From positions 87,482,001 through 87,546,000 of the forward strand of contig OX597817.1 in the NCBI GenBank assembly GCA_951406725.2: a DNA stretch of 64,000 nucleotides. Direction: 5' to 3'. A model generated the notes under the pieces. That model was not told the origin of the DNA, made no database searches, and was given only the letters and a program-made list of their open reading frames with translations. The DNA comes from Octopus vulgaris. Lineage: Eukaryota. Position 1 is the first letter of the stretch. Every line of letters starts with the position of its first letter. Shown one piece after another: positions 52,432 to 64,000 of this stretch. A program made the position numbers and the translations under genes.

Positions 52432-54236
52432 GACGGTAAGAGAGAGAGAGAAAAGTTTTTCCGCATGCTTCTGCGTAGTGATTCGGAAGTTTTCGTTATA
52501 CACGTTTCATCATACCACAGAATGTATGTTTGTAGGCAACTTATTTCATTGTATTTAATTAACTAAAGAAAAAAAATTAATTATGAAGTTTTGACTGACT
52601 TTATAATTAATTTTGATGAAATTCAGGTAATATTTCTAAGGTATTTCATGTTTCTACCTCTCTTTCCTCCAGCAACATCTTCCAACATTTCATTTCATTT
52701 AAATATATCTTGCTCTACTTTAGTTGTTTAGTACATTTTAGCTACCAAGTATATGTCATAATTAGCGAATGTCATGGAACCAACATGAAACCCTCAGCTT
52801 GGCTATTCGACCTGCTAGGAAAAACTGCTAAATGACAAAAAGCAAATTACAAAATGGGGGACAAAATTTGGATAGTAGTTCTCGATACATTTTCTGAAAA
52901 TAAGGAGGGCTGTTCATTGATGGAATGCTTCAAACGTAGAACAACTCAACAGGATTTGCCAGCAGCAATCAACGACGATAACAACAATAACAATCAATGT
53001 CATTTTCCTGACATAATAACGTCAGCTGAAGGCAGAAATGGAAAACCCATTGCGAGGCTGTCACAATGGTGATATCACATATAACATGAGGTGTAGATGA
53101 GATCAGGAAGAAGACTGCAGATTATAAAAGATTGAGAAAGGTAATATCTAAATGAAATTAAATCTGAATGTGACAGGCAGGTATGTAATATGGTAGAGAT
53201 TGGTGGCTAGTGGCATATTATTAAGGCTAGGCTTTACAGTGTCTTTTGTTATCTCATTAAAACTGAATGTTTCTATTAGCAACCAATTCAATTAAATCTC
53301 AATAAATGTCTTTCCTCATTCTCGCAGTTATTGCGGTCTTCGTTCTCTACTGTTGTTGCTAGTGCTGCTCCAACTTTTGTTATTGCTGTTGTTGTTGTTG
53401 TTGTTGTTGTTGTTATCGTCGTCGTTGTTGTTGTTGTTAAGCAACAAGACGGGTAAGGGTGATTAGGTGATGGTCTAGGGCTTAGGAGCGGGAGACCCCA
53501 GACCATGGGAAAAAAACTGGTCATTTTGTTGTAGTCGAGGGCTCTTCGTTGACGCCTGACACCACTGGTAGGTGGCCCTCGAAGTCGCTGGAGATCTCCA
53601 GGTCCAAATTCTTGGACGGCTGCTGTTGTTGCTGCTGACTTTAGTCACAAGTCGATCTTCACCAAAGGCATGTTATTCGTGATCACTTCATCTTTTTTAA
53701 GTCGATGGTCTATGGTTTGAGAAAGATAATACATTTATTTCTAACAGTTGGAGAGACTATTTTGGCTTATGATTACTTTTTTTCCAATTACTAAATTGTT
53801 TCACTGCATTCAGCGAATAAGTTTTGTTTTTCACTCGTTTTCATTATCTGAGAATCTCTAAGAATAACTTATTTTGTTTCGTTAATTTTATATGATATTA
53901 TTTTGTGTCATCTTCAGGAAGGACATGAAAGCAATCTAATCAAAGACCATCTAAGTTTTATTGTAAAAAGTAAACAAAGATAATACGATGACCGATTATT
54001 TTGGCGGATTTTCAAAACAAGTGAAACAACATGATTAATTTTATTATTCTTGGTAATAAATGTGTTGGAGTTTCAGTTTTGTATCTATGTACTTACGGAT
54101 GTATCTGAAAGTATTTGTCAATATATACATTTGTAAACACCAGTTTCGATACGCATAGACTCTCACACACATATACCATGCCCCAAGCAGATAATCCCCC
54201 CACTACACACACACACACACACACACACACATAAAT

Positions 54237-54960
54237 ATATAAGTTGCATTTCAGGATTTTCAGACTTTTCAAGTGAGTCATTAATTTCAAAAAAGTACAG
54301 AACTCTAGACTCCTTCAAAGTAGCGTCTTCTAACTTCGATGTAGTTCTTGTAATGCTCTAGCCATATCGTGAAGGCCCCATGGAGGTTCTTCAAAAGTGA
54401 AGTGTCCAGGATCCCTGTAACAGCCTCCTTCATCTCCTTCAGTTTGAAAAACAACCAAAAGTTATAGGGAGCAAGGTCTGGACTGTAGCGTGGATGAAGG
54501 ACGGTCGTGATACGTATTTCTATCAAATAGTTCCTTACCAAGTTGCTCGTCACTGAGAACTCTCGGAATAAACTTGACACAAATTTTGCGCATGTCTAGT
54601 TCTTCATGAATGATAGGGCTCACCAACTCCAAAGTGCATGCTTAGACACACGACAGTCTTCATCCATAAAATTGCAAATTTTCTCAACCAGTTTTGACGT
54701 CCTGATGTCTGTCTCCCTCCAACACGTTGCATCGCATCTTACATCGTCTCTACCATCCTTGAACCTCTTGTGCCAGCGGAAGATTTAATTCTTAAGCAGT
54801 TTGAACATATCATAAGTTTTTGCAGTGCTTTTGCCCAGTTCAGCATAAAACTTCATTGCATAGTGAACTCCTGAACGTCTCAACTTCACTCTGCAAACTA
54901 GTTAGTTATGGCAAATAGCGTTTAGTAGGGTGGGTTAAAAGTGTTACTGTAGTTTCTTTC
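54237..54960 (-). mobile_element. Mariner transposon remnant
   Basis: HPRYSPDLAPYNFWLFFKLK and C-terminal ..RYFEG. Confidence 0.8.
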
Positions 54961-55191
54961 AATATGGACTAACAAACCTTGGCAAGTCAGTTTAATAGAT
55001 CTATAGTAATGATATATTAAAATTACAATAATCTAGAACAGTTATAACTGACCCTCCTAAAAAAAGTCTCTAAACTTTTGAAATGCACCACACATACATT
55101 CATGCATACATACGTACATACATACATACATACATACATACATACATACATACATACATACATACATACATACATACATACATACATACAT

Positions 55192-55572
55192 ACACACTGC
55201 CTAAATATTAATCTTGAGAAATTAGGCTTCCCAAAACCAGAAAGGAGAAAGCTGATACGAAGATTACAGATCTAATCCATCACTGGAACTGTAGAAATCT
55301 GTAAAAATTTCCATATGAGCGTGTCTAGATATGCATCTTTATGCATAAGAATACATACATAAAACCAAACATACAAATTTACACATATACATACATACAT
55401 ACATACATACATACATACATACATACATACATACATACATACATTACATTACATTACATTACATACATATATACATACATGGTGATGTCGAAGTTTCAAT
55501 GAAGAATCTAGGTTAGAAACCGGCTCTTTCTCTATTAGCAAGAAATCTTGAAATAAAACTGAATAATGTCAT
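55192..55572 (+). mobile_element. R4-like family 2 3' end plus downstream 115-bp module
   Basis: ACACACTGCCTAAATATTAATCTTGAGAAATTAGGCTTC.., then (TACA)n, then the module at 55480-55570. Confidence 0.78.
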
Positions 55573-55607
55573 ACATATATACATATATACATATACAGAT
55601 AGACTGG

Positions 55608-55717
<110 letters not shown>

Positions 55718-56926
55718 CATACATACATACATACATACATACATACATACATACATACATACATACATAATACCTATCTAGTCGTGTGTGTGTGTGTGTG
55801 TATTTGTTGCTTCATGACAATTGTGCACTCTATTTATCCTCTGTTCCAAATACAGATTTGTGCTAACCTCGAATTGCATATATGGTTTTTAGATAGTCAT
55901 GCTTATGCTAGTTACTGTTCTGTAGGATTCCTCAAGCAACATAAATGTTTCGTGAACAAATGCATCACTCATTTCTGCCTATTCACATACAGTTTTGATT
56001 AGCAATCGACTTCGTCTAATTCTTACAACGAATGAATTGCTCTCATTTTTTGTTTTGTTTCCTTTTGTGTGTGTTTTAAAACAAAGAAAGGTAAATCATT
56101 ATTTGGTTTACTTCTTTAAATTATTTGGTAATCAACAAAAAAATTAGCAAGCAAATGAATCTCGTCGAACTACTTGCGTTTTTATATAATTCAGCCTAAG
56201 TGAAAAAGAAAATAAGAAATCAGAGAGCAAGATTGAATAGAGAGACAAAAATTCAGTGATTTTTCATATAATTGTTCTTAGGTTTACGGAGGTTACCGTT
56301 AACAACTGATTAAGCAGTTTATTTGTCTATCATCAAAAGAGAAGTATTTCTTATTCTGAGAGAAGAATTATAAAAAGAAATATCACTAATCTGTGGAAGA
56401 CCGTTGCTTCGCAACAGATATAAGAAGTGTGTGCATTATATTATTTTAAGTAATTAAGAGCAGAAAGTGAAAGAGAGAAAGAGAGCTAAAAAAAGTTAAA
56501 CGAAACGAGCTGAAAAGGAGGCAGGATGTACCATTGACAGAACCGTTGACCATAAAGACAATCAGCTAAAGATAAATTGAAAAGAAAATGTGTAATTGAA
56601 AGTACACTTTAGATAAATTATCAGATGTTTATCGAACCAAATGCCGTAAACTTTAAAAAACCGACCAATTACTATTTTGGTATGTACAACATTAATTTAA
56701 ATAATAGATTTGTTTTTTCTTTTCTTTCCATCATATCTTGAGATAAATTCATTTTGCTAGGGAGAAGAAATCAAATTTGCTGCCAATAGAAATTTGTTTT
56801 TCTATCATCTTTCATTTAAACAAAAGGTACGTTTCTGATGACTGCTGGATCTTACAACTGTTTCGAAATAACGTAACCAATTATGATGAAGCACCGTGTT
56901 ATAAGGGCAGCTTGGCATGAGTGTGA

Positions 56927-56984
<58 letters not shown>

Positions 56985-57737
56985 AGCGAGACGGAGAACA
57001 GTAAGAGGCTAACTTGATCAAAAGACAACGGATGAGCAAAGGCGGCAGCGACGACGCTAATGGCGGTGGCATCAGTAACTGCAACTATGAGACAAAAAAG
57101 AAACTATAAGACAAAAAAGAAATTGAGTGTGTTTGTAAAAGCAATTCATGAATATTGTCAACAAAAACTTTTTTTTGTTGTTGAAACATTACGGCAACTA
57201 AGAAAATATGAGAGAATAGACGAGACTAATAACAAAAAGGCTAATATGAAAATTATAATACAAGAGATGTTCTTGAAAGATAGCATATGTATTAATGATA
57301 GTGGAGTTTGCTAAATGAAGACAGTAAAATAGGGACAGAAACTGATACCACGAGAGAGGGAATCGTAATTTTTTAGAACACTTACAGTTAGAGGTTTGTA
57401 GAATAGATTAGGTTGGACATCGGCGCTATTTTTCATTTCCTGATAAATTTAGTTTGTTACTAGCCTTAGCTACTGGTGTTGTGTCCAGAAGAACACTTCC
57501 TTCGTCCCTGTATACCGTATATACAAAGATGTCAAAAGACAATGTGAGTTGATAGAGTGCTATACAGCGTAGAATGGCCCCAGTTATAATTAAGAAGTAT
57601 GCTGTTAGATTCTTAGTTTTGCTATTGTGAATATTAAAACATTTCCTTTGTGCTTATTATCCTCTTTGTGCCAAGATATCATTTGGTAATGTGATTTGGT
57701 GGTGCTTCGAACATCATGCAATGGGCTCACTATATAA

Positions 57738-57932
57738 TATTCTCTACTATAGGCACAAGTCCTGATATTTTAGAACTAGTCGATCACATCGACCCCAGTG
57801 TTTAATTTATCGACCCCGAAGGGATGGGAGCAAAATCGACCTCGACGGAATTTGAACTCAGAACGTAGCGGCAGACGTAATACTGCTAAGCATTTCGCCC
57901 AGCGTACTAACAATTCAGCCAGCTCGCCGCCT
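57738..57932 (-). mobile_element. SINE family B
   Basis: GGAATTTGAACTCAGAACGTAGCGGCAGACG..GCCAGCTCGCCGCCTT. Confidence 0.82.
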
Positions 57933-58199
57933 TGGTTCACTATATAATAAAGAAGTATATTAGATTCTTAGCCTTGAGTTCAAATTTACAAACAATGATA
58001 AACGCCTTCAATATATTCTTTCCAAGAGTTAGTGAAATGTAAAATCCTTACATTTCCATCACCCAAAAATCACTTTCAAATTTGTATGGTTTCTAAAAAT
58101 GCATAAAAATATTCAAGCTGTCTAGTAAGAGGTTTGTATGCGCGCGCATGTGTGTATATATATATATGTGTGTGTGTGTGTATGTGTGTATGAGTGTAT

Positions 58200-58375
58200 C
58201 AGGACCCCATACAGCTTGACAACCGGTGTTAGTTTCTTTATGTCCCAATAGGTTAGCGGTTCGGCAATGAGACCGATAAAATAAATGCAGACAGGGGTCA
58301 ATTTGTGGGATTCAAACTCCTCGAGGCAGTGCTCCAGCATGGTCGGCGCCCAATGACTGAAAGAAGGAAAAGCGA
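58200..58375 (+). mobile_element. SINE family A 3' half
   Basis: GCTTGACAACCGGTG, TTAGCGGTTCGGCAA and GTGCTCCAGCATGG. Confidence 0.7.
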
Positions 58376-58853
58376 ACGAAATGCTTAATACATTTACATA
58401 TTAACTCCCTCTCTCTTGCGAGCGCGCGTACATGCGCGTGTGTGTATGTGTGTGTGTGTGTGTGTGTACGGGCGTGTACATGTGTGTGTATCTGCATGCT
58501 TTGTATTCAGATAAAAGACTACAAAACAAGCACTCAAATACATATTTTGCTTATTTTGCAATATAGTTCAGCAATGTTTTTAATTTCGATATTATTATTT
58601 ACCTTTCAATATATGTTGCATTGTTATCTTGCAATTATCTTTCTTTATCCGAAAGATTGTTACAGTGTTAAAGTTTACTATATAAAAATATAAAGAACGA
58701 AATATTTTGTTTACACTTGTATCGCAATGCTTATAAAAGTAGTTATTTAGCTTCGATATTTAGCACATCGTATATTCCAATGTCTACAAAGAGATATTCA
58801 GAATTTGTTTTAATGTATTATGTATTGAAGAAGACTATATACACTAACCCTTA

Positions 58854-58998
58854 GGCGCATGCGTGGCTTGTGGTAAAAAGTTTGCTTCCCAATCATATGG
58901 TTCCGGGTTCAATCCTGTGTGTCATCTTGGGTGAGTGTTTTCTACTGTAGCCTCGGGCCGACCAAAGCCATGTGAATGATTTGGTAGAAGCTCGAAGT
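58854..58998 (+). mobile_element. SINE family A 5' half
   Basis: GGCGCATGCGTGGCT head and GCCTCGGGCCGACCAAAGCC core. Confidence 0.78.
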
Positions 58999-59124
58999 TT
59001 ATATATATATATATATATGCATGTATACATACATACATACATATATACATACATAAATATATATATATATATATATATATATGCATGTATACATACATAC
59101 ATACATACATATATACATACATAA

Positions 59125-59194
<70 letters not shown>

Positions 59195-59266
59195 ATGTAT
59201 GCATGTATACATACATATATACATATATACATATATACATACATATATACATACATATATACATAC

Positions 59267-59310
<44 letters not shown>

Positions 59311-59314
<4 letters not shown>

Positions 59315-60070
59315 CGTCGTCAAGTATGAAATTTGTAGAAAAGAAAAAGTTTGCTAATGTTTTATAAATGCAAGGAATAGTTTTATTCATCAAAGCATGC
59401 ACCCATATTGTCAATACATTTTTGCCATTTCAGTAGTAGTTTGTCCAGCCCGGAACTGTAAAAGCCTGGCAATCTAGAGTCAATAAAATCTTTGCAGCAT
59501 CGTCGGCATTAAATTTTTTTCTTATCAAACATTAATCCAAATTCTGGAAGAAGTGATAATCAGTGGGGGCAAGATCGCGTGGGTATGATGGATGATGGAG
59601 CACTTCCAACTCCAACTTTGTAGTTTCACTAATGTTATTTTTGCGATGTGTTGTCTGGCGTTGTTTTGCAATAAAATAGGAGTGGATCTGTTGACTAATC
59701 TAGGCTGGGTTTTTTTTGTAAGTTTCTGCATCATTTGGTCCAGTTGGCTGCAGTATACTTCGGCCGTGATTGATGAGCCAGATTTAATGATATCATAATG
59801 GATCACACCTGCGCCAGACCATCAGTTTCTTTTGATGAATTTTGCTTTTTGGACTGTGTTTGGTGGCTCGTCTTTGTTCAACCATTGTGCTGAACGTTTA
59901 CGGTTGTTGTACTGGATCCATTTCTTATCAGGTTACAATTGGATCCAAAAATGATTCATTTTTGTGGCGAGAAAGTAGCATAATGCAGGCTTCCAAACGT
60001 TGCTGTTTCTGATTTTCATTGAGTTCGTGTGAAACCCACTTATTCAACTTTTTCACTTTCCCGATTTGAA
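59311..60070 (-). mobile_element. Mariner transposon 3' part
   Basis: VT.DKKWIQY, PILLQNNARQH and HPSYPRDLAPTDYHFF. A TIR-like end at 59312 abuts (TA)n. Confidence 0.85.
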
Positions 60071-61004
60071 ATATATACATACATCTAATATATATGGACT
60101 ACGTGTGTGTGTGTGTGTGTGTGTCTGTGTCTGTGTGTGTGTACGTGCGTGTAAGTAAATGTGTGTATGTGTATATGAATACATGTATGTGTATATGAAT
60201 ACATGTATGTATATATGAGCCAAGAAGGAACATCTATGTGAGGGCAGTTGAAATACTAAACAAATCACCATCCGGTCACATCCTGCAGTTTTATGTATGT
60301 TTCAATGGGCCAATTTAGGAGCCTTTGCGTGTTATTCTAATCTGCTAGAAATATCACCCAGAATTCCTCCAAGCTCCACTCTATTAGCCAAATGATTCGC
60401 TACTTCACTTTAAAGACTTCAATTTCCTGTCACATTCAGTTTTCCCGGACCATCTCATGAACAATTATTAAAGTTATCGGGCTAAATATGGAACAGCCTG
60501 TTTTATTTTTTTCATGTAATCAGATTCATCGAGTTATATCATGAGTTGGAAATGCTGATATTCTCTTCATCATAACACCACAGGAAAGAAAACCCACAAG
60601 AATACTGATTTTCTTGAGATATTGGATTTAACATGTGACGAGAAATATCTACTGTTATTTCTACTTTAGTAAAGGAAAAAATCCCGACTGTATTCATAAA
60701 TTAATTAACTTGTAATGCGTGTCAAAATCAGCACGTTACTCTATGATGTTTACTATGGTACAATGCTTCGGCTGCACAGTGTTTTCCTGCGTTTACTATT
60801 CTTTTTATTCTTTTCTTTTACTTGTAGCCACTCCTACGCCTATATAGAAGTATTTCTGCTCAAACTGCAAATTTTAAATTTCTAAATCTATATCGTTTCC
60901 ACGGAAGGGCAGTAATGCCTTATCTACTGGAATATTTAATATTGCTGGGTTTGCTTCACGTTCCTCTACAATAACTAGTTATATACTCTTTATGTACTGC
61001 TATA

Positions 61005-61210
61005 TTCTTTTTCAGTCGTTAGACTACAGTTGGGACACCACCTTGAAGAATTTTAGTCGAACGAATCGATCCCAGTTCTTGTTTTATTAAAGCTTGTTAT
61101 TTATTCTATCAGTTTGTTTTTGGCGAACCGCTATGTTACAGAGATGTAAACAAACTAACACAGGTTGTCAAGTGATGGTGGGGGAGACAAATACAGACAC
61201 AAAGATACGC
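61005..61210 (-). mobile_element. SINE family A 3' half
   Basis: CGAACCGCTATGTTAC..GGTTGTCAAG. Confidence 0.65.
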
Positions 61211-61242
61211 GCACATGATATACCTTACATTTCATATCCGAG

Positions 61243-61325
61243 GCTCCGATGAAGCTATAAACTGTTACTCAGACACTCAGCTATGAGTCCACCCACTGCA
61301 TCCTATAGCAGAAACAGTTGTAAGC
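61243..61325 (+). ncRNA. Type I hammerhead motif with extended helix II
   Basis: GCT CCGATGA (61246-61252) A GCTATA..TATAGC A GAAA (61311-61314) CAGTTG TA AGC. Confidence 0.75.
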
Positions 61326-61382
61326 TAATGAAGTTCGTTAGATACATTTATTCTTTTGTCATCTCATTTTCTTATATATATA

Positions 61383-61795
61383 GGCGCAGGAGTGGCTGCG
61401 TGGTAAGTAGCTTGCTTACCAGCCACATGGTTCCGAGTTCATTCCCACTGCGTGGCACCTTGGGCAAGTGTCTTCTACTATAGCCTCGGGCCGACCAAAG
61501 CCTTGTGAGTGGATTTGGTAGACGGAAACTGAAAGAAGCCCGTCATATACATGTATATATATATGTACGTGTGTGTATATATATTTGTGTGTTTGTGTTT
61601 GTCCCCCCAGCATCGCTTGACAACCGATGGTGGGGTGTTTACGACCCCGTGACTTAGCAGTTCGGCAAAAGAAAACGATATAATAAGTACTAGGCTTCCA
61701 AAGAATAAGTCCTGGGGCCAATTTGCTCGACTAAAGGCGTTGCTCCAGCATGGCCGCAGTCAAATGACTGAAACAAGTAAAAAAAGAGAAAAAAT
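61383..61795 (+). mobile_element. tRNA-derived SINE family A, full length
   Basis: GGCGCAGGAGTGGCTGCGTGGTAAG head, core, internal (TA/TG)n and A-rich tail. Confidence 0.9.
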
Positions 61796-61819
61796 TATAT
61801 ATATATATATATATATATA

Positions 61820-61956
61820 GCGAGTTTCTTTCAGTTTCGGTCTAGGCTAGGATCGGCCCGAGACGACATTGGAAGACAGACACTTGGCCAAGGTATCACG
61901 CAATGAGACTGAAAGTAAAACCAGGTGAATGGAAAGTAAATTTCTTTCCACACAAC
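61820..61956 (-). mobile_element. SINE family A 5' half, degenerate
   Basis: TTCTTTCAGTTTC, CGGCCCGAG and GACACTTGGCCAAGG. Confidence 0.6.
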
Positions 61957-62818
61957 TACTCAAACAAAAGAAAGAAAATTCTGTGTTCTAGAAACTAATT
62001 AACATATTCATCACCATAAAATATTATTTTTCCTTTTTACCAGTGCTATCAGACCATTCCTCCATCTCTTGATTTCTCTCGAAGAACTGAGCATCTTCGC
62101 AAAGCTGAAGTGTGCGAGAAGTGTGTATGCTGAGGAGGGCCTCTACACCGAGAGGCAATAAGATGTGAATCGTTGATGGAGTAGTATACGTTCTCTTTCA
62201 TACATAAGAAGAAAATGATTCCATTTTCATAGGAGTAAACAATGCATAAAAGAAAATGACAAATAATTATTTTCCGCGACACAAAAAAAAAAGAAAAATT
62301 TAGATCCCCCAGAAAACAAAAGAAGTAATTAAAGTTAATTGCAAAATATTGCAAGCTGAAATGAAATGACAAAGGAAGATAAGTAAATAAATGATGCCGA
62401 GGTTAAATGATAATGTCACGGACAAATTGTCAGTAGAAGAAAATGACGAAAATCTCATGTGCCAGACAGAAATATAACGTTAAGTGACATTAGCCAGTTA
62501 TACGATCAACAAAAATTATATATTGAAGAGCATTATCCATCTTTATATAAAAGCGATAAGATAATCTATTTAACAATGATAGTTTCCTTCATGTATTTTC
62601 CATAGAATCTATTCATCCAAAATATTAGAATTACTAAATTAGATTTCCTCTATTTTCACTAGCGAGATGTAATTAGAGTGCAAGGTATTTGAACAACGAG
62701 AACGGAAATACACAGTGACGAATCTGATATTGGATGTCACGCTTCTACTGAGGCATTGTCATGTTTAATACTGAAACAAATATCAAATATAACGTTGTCG
62801 TATTACAAAACACACACA

Positions 62819-62876
<58 letters not shown>

Positions 62877-63164
62877 TACATCTATTTATCCAGGAGTAAA
62901 GTGCAAAATATCGTTCTATGTATATATTTGTGCGCGTGCATATGTCAACGTACATACTTCAAAATATTCATCAATAAATAAACACACACATATGTACACA
63001 CATATATGTATATAAACAAAAATGTTGTTGACAGTAACTTCGAAGTTTCAGCCTGTTGAGCCATCACATACATATATAGTTTGTCGTGATATTTGAATTC
63101 TCTTATAGTTAAATAAATTTTCATCATAGTATTTCTCTCGTCATTTATAACTATATATATATGT

Positions 63165-63850
63165 ATGTCATTGTTCAGTTATATTTCAAGATTTCTTACC
63201 AATAGAGAAAGAGCCGGTTTCTAACCTTGATCCAAGGCTCCTTCATTGGAATTTCAACATCAACGACAGGGTATTTTTGTTTGTATGTCATTATTCAGTT
63301 TATTTCAAGAGTATTTGCCAATAGGGGAAAGAACCGGTTTCTAACCTAGATCCAAGGTTCTTTCATTGGAATTTCACCATCAAGAACAGGGTATTTTTGT
63401 ATGCATGCATGTTTGTATGTATGTATGTGTGTATGTATGTATGTATGTATGTATGTATGTATGTATGTATGTATGTATGTATATATGTATATATGTATGT
63501 ATGTGCAAATTTGTATGTTTTATGTCCGTATTCTCTTGCATATAGTTACATATCTAGACACGCTCATATAAATTTAAATGATAAACTTCTGGAAAATTTT
63601 ACAGATTTTTACACTTCCAGTGATGGACTGGATCTGTAGTCTTCGAATTAGCTTTCTCCTTTCTGGTTTTGAGGAGCCTAATTTCTCAAGATTGGTATTT
63701 TAGCAGTGTGTTACATATGCCAGGGCCCCCAAAAATTACAGGTATAAATCTGAACTTGTAATCTGGATAAAGTTACTGCAAATTTCTCAATAGCTCAGCA
63801 TAGGTGTTCTCTTTTTCACTGATCTTCAGCTTTATGCTAATATCCGCTGT
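63165..63850 (-). mobile_element. R4-like family 2 3' end (63500-63850) with two tandem copies of the 115-bp module (63165-63400)
   Basis: Reverse complement of 49020-49330 (KLKISEKENTYAELLRNL). The module is duplicated head to tail. Confidence 0.82.
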
Positions 63851-64000
63851 ATGTATGTATGTATGTATGTATGTATGTATGTATGTATGTATGTATGTAT
63901 GTATGTATGTATGTACGTATGTATGCATGCATACACACACACACACACACACTCACATATATAATGTGTATGTGTGTATGTGTGAACAATTACATGTTGA

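Noticed and set aside
52158-52566. Poly-Lys / poly-Phe ORFs
   Set aside because: Translations of the (CTT)n microsatellite.

Overview
AT-rich, microsatellite-saturated eukaryotic non-coding DNA. The repeat content looks like an Octopus/cephalopod genome, which is my inference and was not verified. I see no convincing host protein-coding gene; almost all ORFs in the track are microsatellite or antisense artefacts. The window holds a 5'-truncated Penelope-like retroelement (RT + GIY-YIG), two RTE LINE pieces, HERO-like and R4/Dong-like LINE remnants, a full-length decayed Tc1 with TIRs and TA TSD, three mariner remnants, Helitron remnants and many tRNA-derived SINEs of about four families. The main finding is at 1-1722: a near-identical 483-bp tandem array in which every unit carries a type I hammerhead ribozyme motif (CTGATGA ... 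GAAA, near-palindromic helix III, GUA cleavage site, 7-bp helix I) with an unusually long helix II. The rest of the monomer is extensively self-complementary, making it a candidate non-LTR retrozyme/viroid-like circRNA locus next to a Penelope element. At least six further, sequence-distinct hammerhead motifs occur in short, mostly (TA)n-adjacent Penelope-type remnants. All structures were paired by eye, none was computed, and the boundaries of degenerate repeats are approximate.
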